Origin: a virus
Taxonomy: Duplodnaviria > Caudoviricetes
Reading direction: 5' to 3' (one strand)
Virus record (IMG/VR): IMGVR_UViG_3300037424_000895
Span: 1-55,001 of that record
Length of the DNA: 55,001 bases
The notes under the pieces were generated by a model. It was not told where the DNA came from. It saw nothing but the letters and a program-made list of their open reading frames with translations, and ran no database searches. Of this stretch, positions 9,316 through 18,465 are shown one piece after another; position 1 is the stretch's first letter; every line of letters starts with the position of its first letter. Both the position numbers and the translations under genes were made by a program.

Positions 9316-9358
9316 AGAGAATCCCTCTGTGCTTTGACGGCTTGAATGTCTATCATTC
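9316..9358 (-). promoter_or_regulatory. G-ATAGA-C pentaloop hairpin plus RBS hairpin upstream of nadM
   Basis: GAATG-ATAGA-CATTC, then AGAG-GGATT-CTCT-ATG. Confidence 0.6.
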
Positions 9359-9380
9359 TTGCCTGATTAGTGTTAGAATA

Positions 9381-9410
9381 ATTGTATCACATAGTCTTAA
9401 AAAAGTAAAC
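9381..9410 (-). promoter_or_regulatory. T4-type early promoter
   Basis: GTTTACTTTT...TGATACAAT. Confidence 0.8.
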
Positions 9411-10252
9411 TACATTTTCAACTGTGCTAATGAGTCAGGAACCTTGAGTCCCTTGTTCTTGATGCCATCAGCTGTTTGCTTGATGATGTCTTCAAACTTT
9501 TCCTTGTGTAAGAACTCAGGTGACTTGATCGCGTTTAACGCTCCGTCAAACGTAGACACTTGCTTAGCAGTCACGTGCTTACCAAAGAACAGCTTGGTGA
9601 TCTTTTCTGGATCGTCAGAGATGACTTTCTTATCTTGAGTAGAGAAGTTCTTTCCTACTTTGCCACTCTTGCTGATGCGTGATTTCTTTCCTAACATTAT
9701 GCCCTTAGAAAGATCATAGAAGTACCGGTCATACTCAACTGGTTCTCCGTCATCGTCCCTCTTGGTGACCTTCTTGGGCATGTACTTGGCGATCGCAAAG
9801 AAGATCTCATTGCGGTGGGCACCCTTCAGACCTTGAGCTAGATCAGCTGTATTTGCTTGATAGGACCACTCTGCAAAGTTGATGTTGCTTACAGGAATCA
9901 TGTCAACCTGTACGAGCTTGTTTCCTACCTCGTAAGCAAACGAGTAGACGTTAATCCCCTTCATTACACGGTGAGCATGACCCTCAGCGAGCTCTTCCAA
10001 TTTCTTCTCGACGTCAGATGCTTCACACTCAACAGCAACGTCTAGGTCGCTTGACGTATCAGAATCATCAGGTTTCTTACCCCCAGATCCAATCAGCTTC
10101 ACCTTGCCGTTAGGTAGGCCTAGCGTTGTTTGAATCTTCTTCAGGAGAGCAGGTGTAGTTTCTCTCACCTCAGATTGAGTGATCGTTGATACTTCTTTGA
10201 TGGCTTTACCGCCCTCAAGTAGGTGTTGTTCGATGAACTCACGGAATCTCAT
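9410..10252 (-). CDS. Late, probably virion-packaged, pol-beta-type nucleotidyltransferase
   Basis: MRFREFIEQHLLEGG N-terminus, GS...SSDLDVAV and VQVD motifs; GATAAATA at 10258-10265. Confidence 0.65.
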   Translation of the reverse strand: MRFREFIEQHLLEGGKAIKEVSTITQSEVRETTPALLKKIQTTLGLPNGKVKLIGSGGKKPDDSDTSSDLDVAVECEASDVEKKLEELAEGHAHRVMKGINVYSFAYEVGNKLVQVDMIPVSNINFAEWSYQANTADLAQGLKGAHRNEIFFAIAKYMPKKVTKRDDDGEPVEYDRYFYDLSKGIMLGKKSRISKSGKVGKNFSTQDKKVISDDPEKITKLFFGKHVTAKQVSTFDGALNAIKSPEFLHKEKFEDIIKQTADGIKNKGLKVPDSLAQLKM

Positions 10253-10263
10253 GCGAGTATTTA

Positions 10264-10572
10264 TCACTTACTGATGTGTTTGCTTATGACCTTCATGGTC
10301 TTACCCAAATACCAAGTTCCACCTTGAGAATCCGGACGATCTATTATGTCTAGAAGTTCGAACTCTACTTTATACCATGCTCGATTTTTCATTGAGAGAT
10401 GAGGGGCTCGTGGTGTTCTGCAGATGTGCCAGCCGGGTCTAAATGCAAATCCCCTCGTACGATGCTCTTCCATCGGGTAAGATACACCGATTTGAATCTT
10501 AAGCTTTCGGTTGATAAAGAGAGGACCGAGTGACCCATCTTTTCTTTCTCTAAAGAGCTTGTAACCGATCAT
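10264..10572 (-). CDS. Hypothetical protein
   Basis: MIGYKLFRERKDGSLGPLFIN...RPGWH, a phage-type ORF; start chosen at the internal Met. Confidence 0.7.
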   Translation of the reverse strand: MIGYKLFRERKDGSLGPLFINRKLKIQIGVSYPMEEHRTRGFAFRPGWHICRTPRAPHLSMKNRAWYKVEFELLDIIDRPDSQGGTWYLGKTMKVISKHISK

Positions 10573-10573
10573 G

Positions 10574-11116
10574 TTATAGCTCGTCCGCACAAATATTGAA
10601 AGCTTGTCCGTAAGGAATCCTGTAAAGCTCACTGACGGTTTTCAGCGCATCTCTGGGAGACATTCCCTCTTCAACATACTCTTTGTAGTCCATGATGATC
10701 TTCTCGGTCGTATCGTGGAGCAGTTGACGATTGTCAGATTCTTCATCACTGACTTTGATAGTCTGATGACCTTCGATCGGCGCAAAGTACTTTCGAGGGC
10801 GTCCACGAGTCTTAGTAACCTTCACCGGATCACGGACGAACGGTACACCCAATATGGTGTCGTAGATCAGTGCTGAGACGTGAGACTTATCAGTGTCAGT
10901 AGCTTTCACGATCTCCACCGTGACTTTCTCTTCGGATGGCTTGTCCTTGAGAATCTCTACCTGATTGATTCCTGCTGCGATGATGGCTGCATGCTTCTGA
11001 TAAACGACGAGATAGTTTAAGTACCCCTTATCCTTTGATTGGACGAGGACTGCCCCATTGGCCATTAATTGATACTTTTGCTTCTCGTCACTCCAAATGA
11101 TGTGTGCTATAGTCAT
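10574..11116 (-). CDS. Hypothetical protein with an AT-hook-like RGRPRK motif
   Basis: ORF track; AAGGAG RBS before MTIAHI. Confidence 0.7.
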   Translation of the reverse strand: MTIAHIIWSDEKQKYQLMANGAVLVQSKDKGYLNYLVVYQKHAAIIAAGINQVEILKDKPSEEKVTVEIVKATDTDKSHVSALIYDTILGVPFVRDPVKVTKTRGRPRKYFAPIEGHQTIKVSDEESDNRQLLHDTTEKIIMDYKEYVEEGMSPRDALKTVSELYRIPYGQAFNICADEL

Positions 11117-11489
11117 TGCTCTCTCCTTGAGTGCAGAATTCTTTCCAAGCATCCCAAATATCAATCTTGGGAGTTTTAGGAACGTCTTCTTTGCTCTTGT
11201 TTATCAAAATGTTGTCTACTGCACAATCATGAATAAAGATAAAGTCATCGATTGAAGATTGTCTTTGGATTGCTGCATTCAACGGTGTGATTCCATAGAA
11301 AGTTTGAATCCCATCATCATGGTCAAATTTCTGACCGAGTGATAGATAAACATCTGACTCAATCGTGCAACTAAAAGATTTTCTACCGACGACTTCATGC
11401 GTGCCGCGCATACCCTGGCGGGCGGCAAATGAACTAAAGCCTAAGTCAATCTTCTCAATCTGAAACTTATAATCGATTATTCTGATCAT
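11088..11489 (-). CDS. Hypothetical protein
   Basis: 133-aa ORF. Confidence 0.6.
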   Translation of the reverse strand: MIRIIDYKFQIEKIDLGFSSFAARQGMRGTHEVVGRKSFSCTIESDVYLSLGQKFDHDDGIQTFYGITPLNAAIQRQSSIDDFIFIHDCAVDNILINKSKEDVPKTPKIDIWDAWKEFCTQGESNDYSTHHLE

Positions 11490-11630
11490 GCTTGGGACAA
11501 TCGAAACTCAGCCGAAGAGAAATGAGGTGCTGCCTGGTGAGTGTACTGCGATGTTGCTACTTAACGTTGAGGCTGTTGAATAACTGCCAACGGTGGTTGA
11601 TGTACGAGTACTACCTGTGCAGTTTCCATC

Positions 11631-12224
11631 TTATTCCTCATCGTAAAGAGTGGTAGGTTTACCGAGTCGTGCAAGCTTCTTACGTGAGCGTTCAACCAGC
11701 TTCTCAGGAGTCGTCTCATCAGTAACGTCAGCTAGCGTGATGTTAGGAATGACCAGCTTTTCATCGACTCGCGCAAGAACATGTCCCCCATCATGACACA
11801 GCATTGTCTCGAAGCCGTCTTGACGTAGCTTGGTAACTACACGTTGTTGTTTCGTCTTCAGTATCTTGACCTGACGTGATCTGCGAGTAATGCTCTTTAA
11901 CTCACCGATGAGAACGTTGGTCATGAGGTTAACGGAAAGTAAATCAGGCATCGGGTGATTACCGCTACCCACATATTGCTCACAATCTAGGAAGTTACTT
12001 CTGACAGTGTTAATCTTTTGGCGCATAAACGCTACAAAGAAGTTTAGAGTCTGAAGTCTGATATGACCATTTTCATGAGCTGACACAATGTCTGAAATCG
12101 CAGCTTGGACTTCATGAATCCTCGAAGAGATTCTTTGTGTATATCTCGGATCATTAAGAACGTTGAGTCGATCTGCGAGGTAGATTGCGGCGGGAGTCTT
12201 ACCAAATGTGTATTTGTCTATCAT
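11631..12224 (-). CDS. Hypothetical protein
   Basis: 197-aa ORF. Confidence 0.75.
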   Translation of the reverse strand: MIDKYTFGKTPAAIYLADRLNVLNDPRYTQRISSRIHEVQAAISDIVSAHENGHIRLQTLNFFVAFMRQKINTVRSNFLDCEQYVGSGNHPMPDLLSVNLMTNVLIGELKSITRRSRQVKILKTKQQRVVTKLRQDGFETMLCHDGGHVLARVDEKLVIPNITLADVTDETTPEKLVERSRKKLARLGKPTTLYDEE

Positions 12225-12544
12225 TTCTCAGCCTTTGGAGGGGTGCGAACAACTCTAAATTCTGCAGTTCGATTCATGAACTCTTGAATCATTGCATCTT
12301 GATTGATGGATACCGTCTCGATCTGCAAGCTACAAACTTCACCAGACTCAGCATCTAACACCGTGTCAACCTTCTTGACGAGACCGCCTTGGGCTTCAAC
12401 AAATTTGAGATATTCGATTAAGACGGTTGAGAATCGAACTCGTTGATCTTCATAGACATCAAAGATGACTACTGGATTTCGATCTGCTCTGGGGTTGAGA
12501 AAAGTAAGTTTAACCTTTCTCACTTCATTTACTTTCCAAGACAT
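12221..12544 (-). CDS. Hypothetical early protein
   Basis: AAGGA RBS before MSWKV; early promoter at 12558-12587. Confidence 0.7.
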   Translation of the reverse strand: MSWKVNEVRKVKLTFLNPRADRNPVVIFDVYEDQRVRFSTVLIEYLKFVEAQGGLVKKVDTVLDAESGEVCSLQIETVSINQDAMIQEFMNRTAEFRVVRTPPKAEK

Positions 12545-12586
12545 TGCATTCCTTTCAATTGTAACATAGTTTACCAAAAAAGTAAA

Positions 12587-13453
12587 CTACTTCTTTGCTT
12601 TTGGGATAGAAACTCGCCGAATTGGACGTGTATTGAACTCTGGTTTGTAGGTACCGAGCCTGATCTCTTCAACTGTAGGATCATCTACACCGAATTGTTC
12701 ACCGGTCTCAAGATCAACCAAAACGTACTTCAGAGGACAATTCGTTACCACCTGAATAGCCACGAAGTGATCGAGAGAATTGACTGTATGACCAGTTAAG
12801 AGGGTACGAACTTTTCCTTCTGACTTCTCTGAAAGATCTGGAAACTTGTAGTTGATGTAGTCGATCGCGTGTTGCACTGTGAAGAGACGCTCGGCGTCTT
12901 CGTCTGGGATGTCATAACCAAAATTTTCCTCGACCTCCATCACAATCTCTATCAGATCAAGAGAGTCTGCACCCAGTTCTTCAAACGTTGATTCATTCTT
13001 AACATCGACTACATTTAGACCGAGCATCTCAGCAACGATCTTCTTGACACGGACTTCAGTAGAATTTTCGCGTATTTTTATGTTGCGCTGCGCAGTTAAG
13101 ATTGTACGAGCAAGACTGTCACTTCCGACTAGCTTGACAGGCTGTGCAATCTTGTCAAGGATCATTCGGGCTTTTGCTTGAGCAACTTCTGGACTTAGAA
13201 CTACCTCAACCTCTTTAGGTTTCTTGAGACAGTCATTGAAGTGTTGTGCGACACGCTTCTTCAGCTCTGTCATCAACTTTTGGTTGGGATTATTGATCGA
13301 GTACTTGTAGATTGGATTCACTAGCGACTGTGCAAGTTTGAATGCCGGCCAATGTTCAAGTACCGAGGATCTTCCGCTTGTCATCAGCCTGAACATCTCT
13401 TTTGAGACACGATTCAGTTCATCTTCGGTCCACTTAAATTTTGGGGTCATCAA
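12587..13453 (-). CDS. Protein with an embedded acyl carrier protein domain
   Basis: [15 protein letters not shown]...[22 protein letters not shown]...IPDEDAE...TVQHAIDYI is an AcpP-like domain with the phosphopantetheine Ser. Confidence 0.88.
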   Translation of the reverse strand: MMTPKFKWTEDELNRVSKEMFRLMTSGRSSVLEHWPAFKLAQSLVNPIYKYSINNPNQKLMTELKKRVAQHFNDCLKKPKEVEVVLSPEVAQAKARMILDKIAQPVKLVGSDSLARTILTAQRNIKIRENSTEVRVKKIVAEMLGLNVVDVKNESTFEELGADSLDLIEIVMEVEENFGYDIPDEDAERLFTVQHAIDYINYKFPDLSEKSEGKVRTLLTGHTVNSLDHFVAIQVVTNCPLKYVLVDLETGEQFGVDDPTVEEIRLGTYKPEFNTRPIRRVSIPKAKK

Positions 13454-13734
13454 TCTTCCTTCAACTCAAATTTGATGATCTCATTTGTCTTAAGATCAAT
13501 TCGATCGAATGAGATGCCGAACAACATTGCAACTTTTACTGGAATTGGGCTGTCAAAGATCCCGTTGTGTTCAGGGATGAAGTCAATCTTGCACTTCTCA
13601 CACCAGACACGGCCCTTAAACTCTGACCATTGTGTATCATGGTTGCCGCACTTACATGGAGCAACATCATAGCGTGATGGGGGTTGAACATAACACCATT
13701 CACGCTTCTCAAGGTTTAAAAGATCTTCAGTCAT
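13450..13734 (-). CDS. Small Zn-ribbon-like protein
   Basis: CKC and CEKC motifs. Confidence 0.65.
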   Translation of the reverse strand: MTEDLLNLEKREWCYVQPPSRYDVAPCKCGNHDTQWSEFKGRVWCEKCKIDFIPEHNGIFDSPIPVKVAMLFGISFDRIDLKTNEIIKFELKED

Positions 13735-13964
13735 CTTGATATAGAAGTACGAGGTGTCAGAGTAACCTTGCCACTCTTTACACAGATCTCACAATGAACG
13801 TTAAACCCCTTCACTGCTACCGGAGAATGAAATCGATAGATCAATCCGCCTGGTGTAGAGTTCAGATCAACCGAATACCCAGACCACAGCGCTGGATATT
13901 CTCCGTCAGGTAATACTGGAAAGTTCAGGTCTTTAGGCTCAAGAGCAATGTCTGGAATACTCAC
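13731..13964 (-). CDS. Hypothetical protein
   Basis: 77-aa ORF in operon. Confidence 0.6.
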   Translation of the reverse strand: MSIPDIALEPKDLNFPVLPDGEYPALWSGYSVDLNSTPGGLIYRFHSPVAVKGFNVHCEICVKSGKVTLTPRTSISR

Positions 13965-14407
13965 GCAACGATCTCCTTTGCGATCTTAGCAGCCGTTCCG
14001 CCGTCGTAAGAACCTTCAAACTTGATCTTGAATGCCTTGAGCAATTCACCCATTCCCTTCGGGCCGGAGATATTCAGCTCGTTTTTCAGCGCCATCAGCT
14101 CAGCCCGGATCTGAGCTTCATCTAGCTGTTTCGGTAAGAAAGAGTTGTAAAGTGACTTCTCGTTGATAAGCTTAACAGCCGTTGGATCCCCATGTGCAAA
14201 TACACGAGCTCCCAAGAATTCGTCGATGTTCTTGATGAACTTCTTGATGACAGCAATCGTCTCAACATCAGTGGTCTCGCGATTGCCGTCATTCTTGCCG
14301 ATCATCGTGACTTCAGAGAGCAGAGTGGTGAGTGATGCTGCGTTATCAGCATCACGCAACTTTCGAGCGGCGAGCGCAGCTTCTTTGATGTTTTGCAAGA
14401 TAGTCAT
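13961..14407 (-). CDS. yqeY: GatB/YqeY domain protein
   Basis: IKEAALAARK, FLPKQLDEAQI, MGELLK, YDGG pattern of YqeY. Confidence 0.85.
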   Translation of the reverse strand: MTILQNIKEAALAARKLRDADNAASLTTLLSEVTMIGKNDGNRETTDVETIAVIKKFIKNIDEFLGARVFAHGDPTAVKLINEKSLYNSFLPKQLDEAQIRAELMALKNELNISGPKGMGELLKAFKIKFEGSYDGGTAAKIAKEIVA

Positions 14408-14446
14408 GGTATTCTTTCAGGTTATTGAAGTTCTTACTGATAGATC

Positions 14447-14476
14447 ATTATAACACATAGAATTCAAAAAGTAAAC
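14447..14476 (-). promoter_or_regulatory. T4-type early promoter
   Basis: GTTTACTTTT...TGTTATAAT. Confidence 0.8.
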
Positions 14477-14492
14477 CCCTTTGCCAGGCTCT

Positions 14493-14500
14493 TATAAATA
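14493..14500 (+). promoter_or_regulatory. T4-type late promoter
   Basis: TATAAATA followed by AAGGAG RBS. Confidence 0.8.
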
Positions 14501-14520
14501 TCATTAAGGAGATACTTACT

Positions 14521-14778
14521 ATGAAATTAGAAGAACTTTATGAACTGAAGTGGTCTGGTTCAGTTAAGACCAAGAAACATCCACCAGAAGATCTATTTGC
14601 AGAAGGATCTGCCGAAGACATCGTCTCTTGGCTAAAAGATTCTCACAAAGATCTAAGAAGTGCAATGTCTGCACTCAATTACTACATCAACCGCGCAGGA
14701 AAGAATCTATCTGCAAAGCGCAGAGCAACTCTCGATTCTGCCAAAGAGAAGTTGAGTAAAGCTTTCGGTAAGAAGTAA
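14521..14778 (+). CDS. DUF3175-like protein with an MKLEEL head-protein-type N-terminus
   Basis: RSAMSALNYYINRAGKNL motif. Confidence 0.75.
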   Translation: MKLEELYELKWSGSVKTKKHPPEDLFAEGSAEDIVSWLKDSHKDLRSAMSALNYYINRAGKNLSAKRRATLDSAKEKLSKAFGKK

Positions 14779-14791
14779 GTTTTAAGAATTA

Positions 14792-14820
14792 GACTAAAGC
14801 GCCTCAAAGGCGCTTTAGTC
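14792..14820. terminator. Hairpin between convergent genes
   Basis: GACTAAAGCGCCT-CAA-AGGCGCTTTAGTC. Confidence 0.7.
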
Positions 14821-15046
14821 ATTTGGGCAGTTGCATACGAAAGAACTTGACATCGGTGATGATCTGACCGTTGAAGGTACTGAAGAGACTTCCGTAACCC
14901 TCATAACGACAGTCACTGAGAATCGTACGACCGCTAGTGATCACGGTGTAGCGAGTATTGCTGTGTGGCCCGTGCTTCTCAAAATCGATCGGGGTACCTG
15001 CTGGATATTCTCGATTGATCTCTAACTCGATGCTCATGTCGTTCAC
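14819..15046 (-). CDS. Hypothetical protein
   Basis: 75-aa ORF. Confidence 0.6.
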   Translation of the reverse strand: MNDMSIELEINREYPAGTPIDFEKHGPHSNTRYTVITSGRTILSDCRYEGYGSLFSTFNGQIITDVKFFRMQLPK

Positions 15047-15309
15047 TTGCTGCAGCTTTGTGCAGCTGCTTCCAATTCAGACTCATAACCCTTGCGCAAA
15101 TCATTTTCTGCAAGAGCCTTTTGAGATTTCACGTAAATGTTGTCCGTGACTTTCCCAGATTCTGTAAGCGGCATCACCGGCTTTTGCGGAACTTGAACCG
15201 TACAAGGTACTGTAACCATCACTTCTCGGTCTACGTAGACAGTTCTTGTAAACCAGTGACACCCTGACAGAAGAGATACCATCACTGCGATGCTGATGAG
15301 CTTAAACAT
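15043..15309 (-). CDS. Outer-membrane spanin (Rz1-like lipoprotein)
   Basis: MFKLISIAVMVSLLSG-C lipobox, Pro-rich, directly after the i-spanin. Confidence 0.8.
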   Translation of the reverse strand: MFKLISIAVMVSLLSGCHWFTRTVYVDREVMVTVPCTVQVPQKPVMPLTESGKVTDNIYVKSQKALAENDLRKGYESELEAAAQSCSK

Positions 15310-15677
15310 TATTTGTCTCCTATGATGTAAGAGTTGAACAGAGCATCTGCTGCTTTGCATGCATCCGGGTCGGTAGGTGGAGCATTGAGAATCTCTTGTG
15401 CTCTCTTTTCATATTCACGTTTTGCTTTTTGAGCAGCTGCGATCGCAGCAGCTGCTGCGGCCTGGCGAGCATCAGAATCTGCTTTGTATTTCTTCACCAA
15501 CTCAGCATCTTGCTTAAGTTTAGCGTCAAGAGAATCGATCTGGTCTTGCAGAACTTTATTTTCTGCTACTTCGGAGTAGTATGACTTGTGGTAGTGATAT
15601 GTACCGTATGCAAGCAGGGCGATCAAGAGAAGCAGAGCTCCAGCTAGATACAGCTTGATGTTATCGATGACTGGCAT
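15309..15677 (-). CDS. Inner-membrane spanin (Rz-like)
   Basis: N-terminal TM helix, Ala-rich coiled coil, C-terminal Cys; late promoter GATAAATA at 15708-15715. Confidence 0.8.
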   Translation of the reverse strand: MPVIDNIKLYLAGALLLLIALLAYGTYHYHKSYYSEVAENKVLQDQIDSLDAKLKQDAELVKKYKADSDARQAAAAAAIAAAQKAKREYEKRAQEILNAPPTDPDACKAADALFNSYIIGDK

Positions 15678-15710
15678 TTTGAATAATCTCCTATGATGTG
15701 ATGGAGATAT

Positions 15711-15947
15711 TTATCTCTTACTTTTTAGACGTTCTACTTGTTCAGCCAGAGTAGGCTTGGGTATCGCGGTGTACTTGATCTCGTCAACGTCACAGCGAAC
15801 GTTGCCAGCTTCTGTTGAACTGTTGGAGTAACTTTCTCTCTTGATCATTTGCATTGAGCACAAATTGTCCAACTTCACCTTCCTTGTAAGGACGGTTTGG
15901 TCTAGAATCACATCTGGTAAAACGCCAGGTGATTGCTCAATAGACAA
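15711..15947 (-). CDS. Hypothetical protein
   Basis: 78-aa ORF. Confidence 0.5.
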   Translation of the reverse strand: MSIEQSPGVLPDVILDQTVLTRKVKLDNLCSMQMIKRESYSNSSTEAGNVRCDVDEIKYTAIPKPTLAEQVERLKSKR

Positions 15948-15976
15948 GACGGTGCAGAACGTCCATCGGTTTAGAG

Positions 15977-16354
15977 TTAGTCTTCACTTGGGCACTTCCC
16001 TTCGCAATACATTCCTCCAGTAGGTTCATGATAGACTAAAACTTCGTTTCTACAGGGGTATGGACATAGCGATTGGACAGAAGCATTAGGGTTGTCAAAT
16101 ATCGACTTGAAGTTTTCAGCTGCTTTTCTACCAGCTTCTTTAAAATTTTCAAGCGCTTTTAAGTCTTTGTAGTTTTTGACTTTAACCGAGATAGGGTTAC
16201 CAGTCTTAGAGTCAATGAGATTGCTAAACGTGATCTTGAGATCGCTTGCAACCTTTTCATCTACAGATGTTACTTGCTTCTTTTTGGAAACTACTTGTGA
16301 AATCTTGGCGATTCCGATCAACGGTTCATCGAACTTTGATTGTTTTAGTGTCAT
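15977..16354 (-). CDS. Hypothetical protein
   Basis: 125-aa ORF. Confidence 0.6.
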   Translation of the reverse strand: MTLKQSKFDEPLIGIAKISQVVSKKKQVTSVDEKVASDLKITFSNLIDSKTGNPISVKVKNYKDLKALENFKEAGRKAAENFKSIFDNPNASVQSLCPYPCRNEVLVYHEPTGGMYCEGKCPSED

Positions 16355-16709
16355 GAGAATCTTTACTTTCCGTTTTACCGTGCACGGTAATCTTACATTG
16401 ACCGATGATCGTGGTTAACAGCTCTTGCCGATGATTGTCAGCATAGAGAAATACAGTACCTCGATAGACGTTGTAATCCTCAACAGTACCGTCATATAAC
16501 TTTGTGCCACTGCCAGTTTCACAGTAAACGTTGAATGTTTTTGATCGTTGTACTTTATCAAAAGCTTCGTTTTGATCAACCAACTTTCGTGTTAAATTTA
16601 AGCCAGATAATACGATGAAGAGTCCAAGAATTATAAGCGAGCCTACGATTAGGTATACGCTGTACTTTTGAAAGAACGCCTTTATAGGTTTCAATTCAGT
16701 TTCTTTCAT
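16326..16709 (-). CDS. Membrane-anchored hypothetical protein
   Basis: N-terminal TM segment. Confidence 0.65.
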   Translation of the reverse strand: MKETELKPIKAFFQKYSVYLIVGSLIILGLFIVLSGLNLTRKLVDQNEAFDKVQRSKTFNVYCETGSGTKLYDGTVEDYNVYRGTVFLYADNHRQELLTTIIGQCKITVHGKTESKDSHDTKTIKVR

Positions 16710-16721
16710 TGAACACTTTCC

Positions 16722-16994
16722 TTAAAGGATTGTCTGTTGAGCATGAGCGATCAGCTCTTCTTGTACGACAAAAGCTTCTTGTTGGGCCTTGAGTGCATAA
16801 CTTCGTTCTACAAGAAGCTTTTTCCTCTTTTCGGTAGTTTCTTGGGTATCTCCCTCGACTTCGCTGGTGAGCTTGCCAAAGTCAGAGAAGATCTTGTTGA
16901 TCGCTTTTGCCTGATATCCCCAGCGGGATTCCTCAAGATCTCGAGGTTTAATACCCGGTACCCAGTTTTTGGGTAGATAAGGGAGATTAATCAT
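16722..16994 (-). CDS. Hypothetical protein
   Basis: 90-aa ORF. Confidence 0.65.
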   Translation of the reverse strand: MINLPYLPKNWVPGIKPRDLEESRWGYQAKAINKIFSDFGKLTSEVEGDTQETTEKRKKLLVERSYALKAQQEAFVVQEELIAHAQQTIL

Positions 16995-17215
16995 GCTTGC
17001 TCTGCTTTTGCTTTATTGATGGCCTCTAGATGCTTGCGGATGTACCTCATGAATAGCATCGCTTTGTCTTCATTTGCGAAGATCCCGTCACCGGTATCTT
17101 CAATGGGTACCGGGAATGAAAAACCACACTCAGTCATGTACCATAGTTCACCCTTTTGATAAAACTGGAAGCGAACTTTCTTGCCGTCTTTCACCATCTC
17201 TTTAATGTTCTTCAT
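16991..17215 (-). CDS. Hypothetical phage protein
   Basis: LWY.TECGF.FPVPIEDTGDG.F...DKA..FMRYIRK, a phage-type ORF. Confidence 0.75.
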   Translation of the reverse strand: MKNIKEMVKDGKKVRFQFYQKGELWYMTECGFSFPVPIEDTGDGIFANEDKAMLFMRYIRKHLEAINKAKAEQA

Positions 17216-17230
17216 CTTTCTCTTTCATTG

Positions 17231-17315
17231 TGGTGCGTCTGGGGAGACTCGAACTCCCAACCCTTTCGGGACATGGACCTCAACCATGCGCGTATACCAA
17301 TTCCGCCACAAACGC
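17231..17315 (-). tRNA. tRNA-Leu(GAG)
   Basis: Type II cloverleaf, CATGG-TTGAGGT-CCATG, encoded CCA. Confidence 0.92.
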
Positions 17316-17323
17316 GTTACGCA

Positions 17324-17521
17324 CTACTCTACCTTCAAGCATTGAGCGGTATAGAAGACGGTTGTCTCAGACTCATAAGAACCGCTGTACTTTACCGATC
17401 GATTGTGAACACCTGAGCTATACTGCTTCTCATAGTGTCTACAATCAACTTCACTCATCGGGATCTGTTGAGAAGAAACCCCGTTACTTACAATGATCGT
17501 CAAGATCAATATCCACTTCAT
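17324..17521 (-). CDS. Small protein with a signal peptide
   Basis: MKWILILTIIV N-terminus. Confidence 0.6.
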   Translation of the reverse strand: MKWILILTIIVSNGVSSQQIPMSEVDCRHYEKQYSSGVHNRSVKYSGSYESETTVFYTAQCLKVE

Positions 17522-17544
17522 GATATGCTTTCATGTATTATCCA

Positions 17545-17670
17545 GGATGACGCGGGTGGAATCGAACCACCGTACCCTCCATAGTCACCGATCTCTCAGC
17601 TAAGTCGGAATCGAACCGACAGTCTCCGAACCTCTTCAGGTCGTGCCTACCCCAACGTAGGACCGCGTCA
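17545..17670 (-). ncRNA. tRNA-like RNA with two T-arms
   Basis: Acceptor TGACGCG/CGCGTCA; GTCGG-TTCGATT-CCGAC and GGTGG-TTCGATT-CCACC. Confidence 0.7.
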
Positions 17671-17678
17671 AAGCAACT

Positions 17679-17918
17679 TCAAAATATTGCTACTGCTAAC
17701 AGCGTAATTCCTATTCCAAAGAGAAAAGATATCACTGCGACGATCAGGTTCACCAACAATAGCTTCGTGTAGAAGAAGTTGCTGATGATTCCAACCGCTT
17801 CTTCACGAATGATGGGAGCTGCTTCCTTAGCTAGCTTAACGGCCGTGTCTTTCATGCTGTCACTCGTATTGGTCAAGAATCGTTTACGGAAGTCGTTGGT
17901 AAGGACTTTGTTAGTCAT
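17679..17918 (-). CDS. Membrane protein
   Basis: C-terminal TM segment. Confidence 0.65.
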   Translation of the reverse strand: MTNKVLTNDFRKRFLTNTSDSMKDTAVKLAKEAAPIIREEAVGIISNFFYTKLLLVNLIVAVISFLFGIGITLLAVAIF

Positions 17919-17929
17919 GATCTTTCTTT

Positions 17930-18367
17930 CTATCTATGCTGCGGTTCCGGCTGGTTTCCATCCAAATGGATGGGACAATTTGCTGCGTGAATTTTGTACG
18001 GTGTTCCGAGACGTTCGGCGTTGTCCATTTTTGGACATGTACAGCCTGGAAAGTCAAAGAACCTGTGATGATTTGGATCTACCGGGAAGTTCCACAGTCG
18101 TTGTTGCTCATTCTCTAGAGCATCGAAAGTCGAAGCAAGCAACTTTAGCTTCAGAGGTTCATCGAGAACTTTCTTTGCAGCTTCGAACAGTTCCCATCGC
18201 AGTTGGTGGGACAGTTTTAGTGCCTCAAGTTGGTCGTCGGTAACTTTCTGCCTAGCCGCCAAAGCTGAATTTAGCACGGTGATGATCGTCTTGCCATCAG
18301 GGGCATACACGATGTATTTTCCCAATCCCATCTTTAGCAGATTTTGCTCGATGTTGTTCTCAGACAT
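17930..18367 (-). CDS. Hypothetical phage protein
   Basis: QQRLWNFP...GCTCPKMDN...CPIH Cys/His motif. Confidence 0.75.
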   Translation of the reverse strand: MSENNIEQNLLKMGLGKYIVYAPDGKTIITVLNSALAARQKVTDDQLEALKLSHQLRWELFEAAKKVLDEPLKLKLLASTFDALENEQQRLWNFPVDPNHHRFFDFPGCTCPKMDNAERLGTPYKIHAANCPIHLDGNQPEPQHR

Positions 18368-18389
18368 TTTGGAGTACCAGATAAAGAAA

Positions 18390-18463
18390 GGAGGGCTAGC
18401 AGGGAATCGAACCCCGGTTCATGGTCTTGGATGACCATCATTCTGCCATTGAATTACCAGCCC
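18390..18463 (-). tRNA. Atypical tRNA with an 8-nt anticodon loop (CATCCAAG; Trp/Gly-like)
   Basis: GGGCTGG/CTAGCCC acceptor, normal D- and T-arms, ATGGT-CATCCAAG-ACCAT. Confidence 0.65.
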
Positions 18464-18465
18464 AT

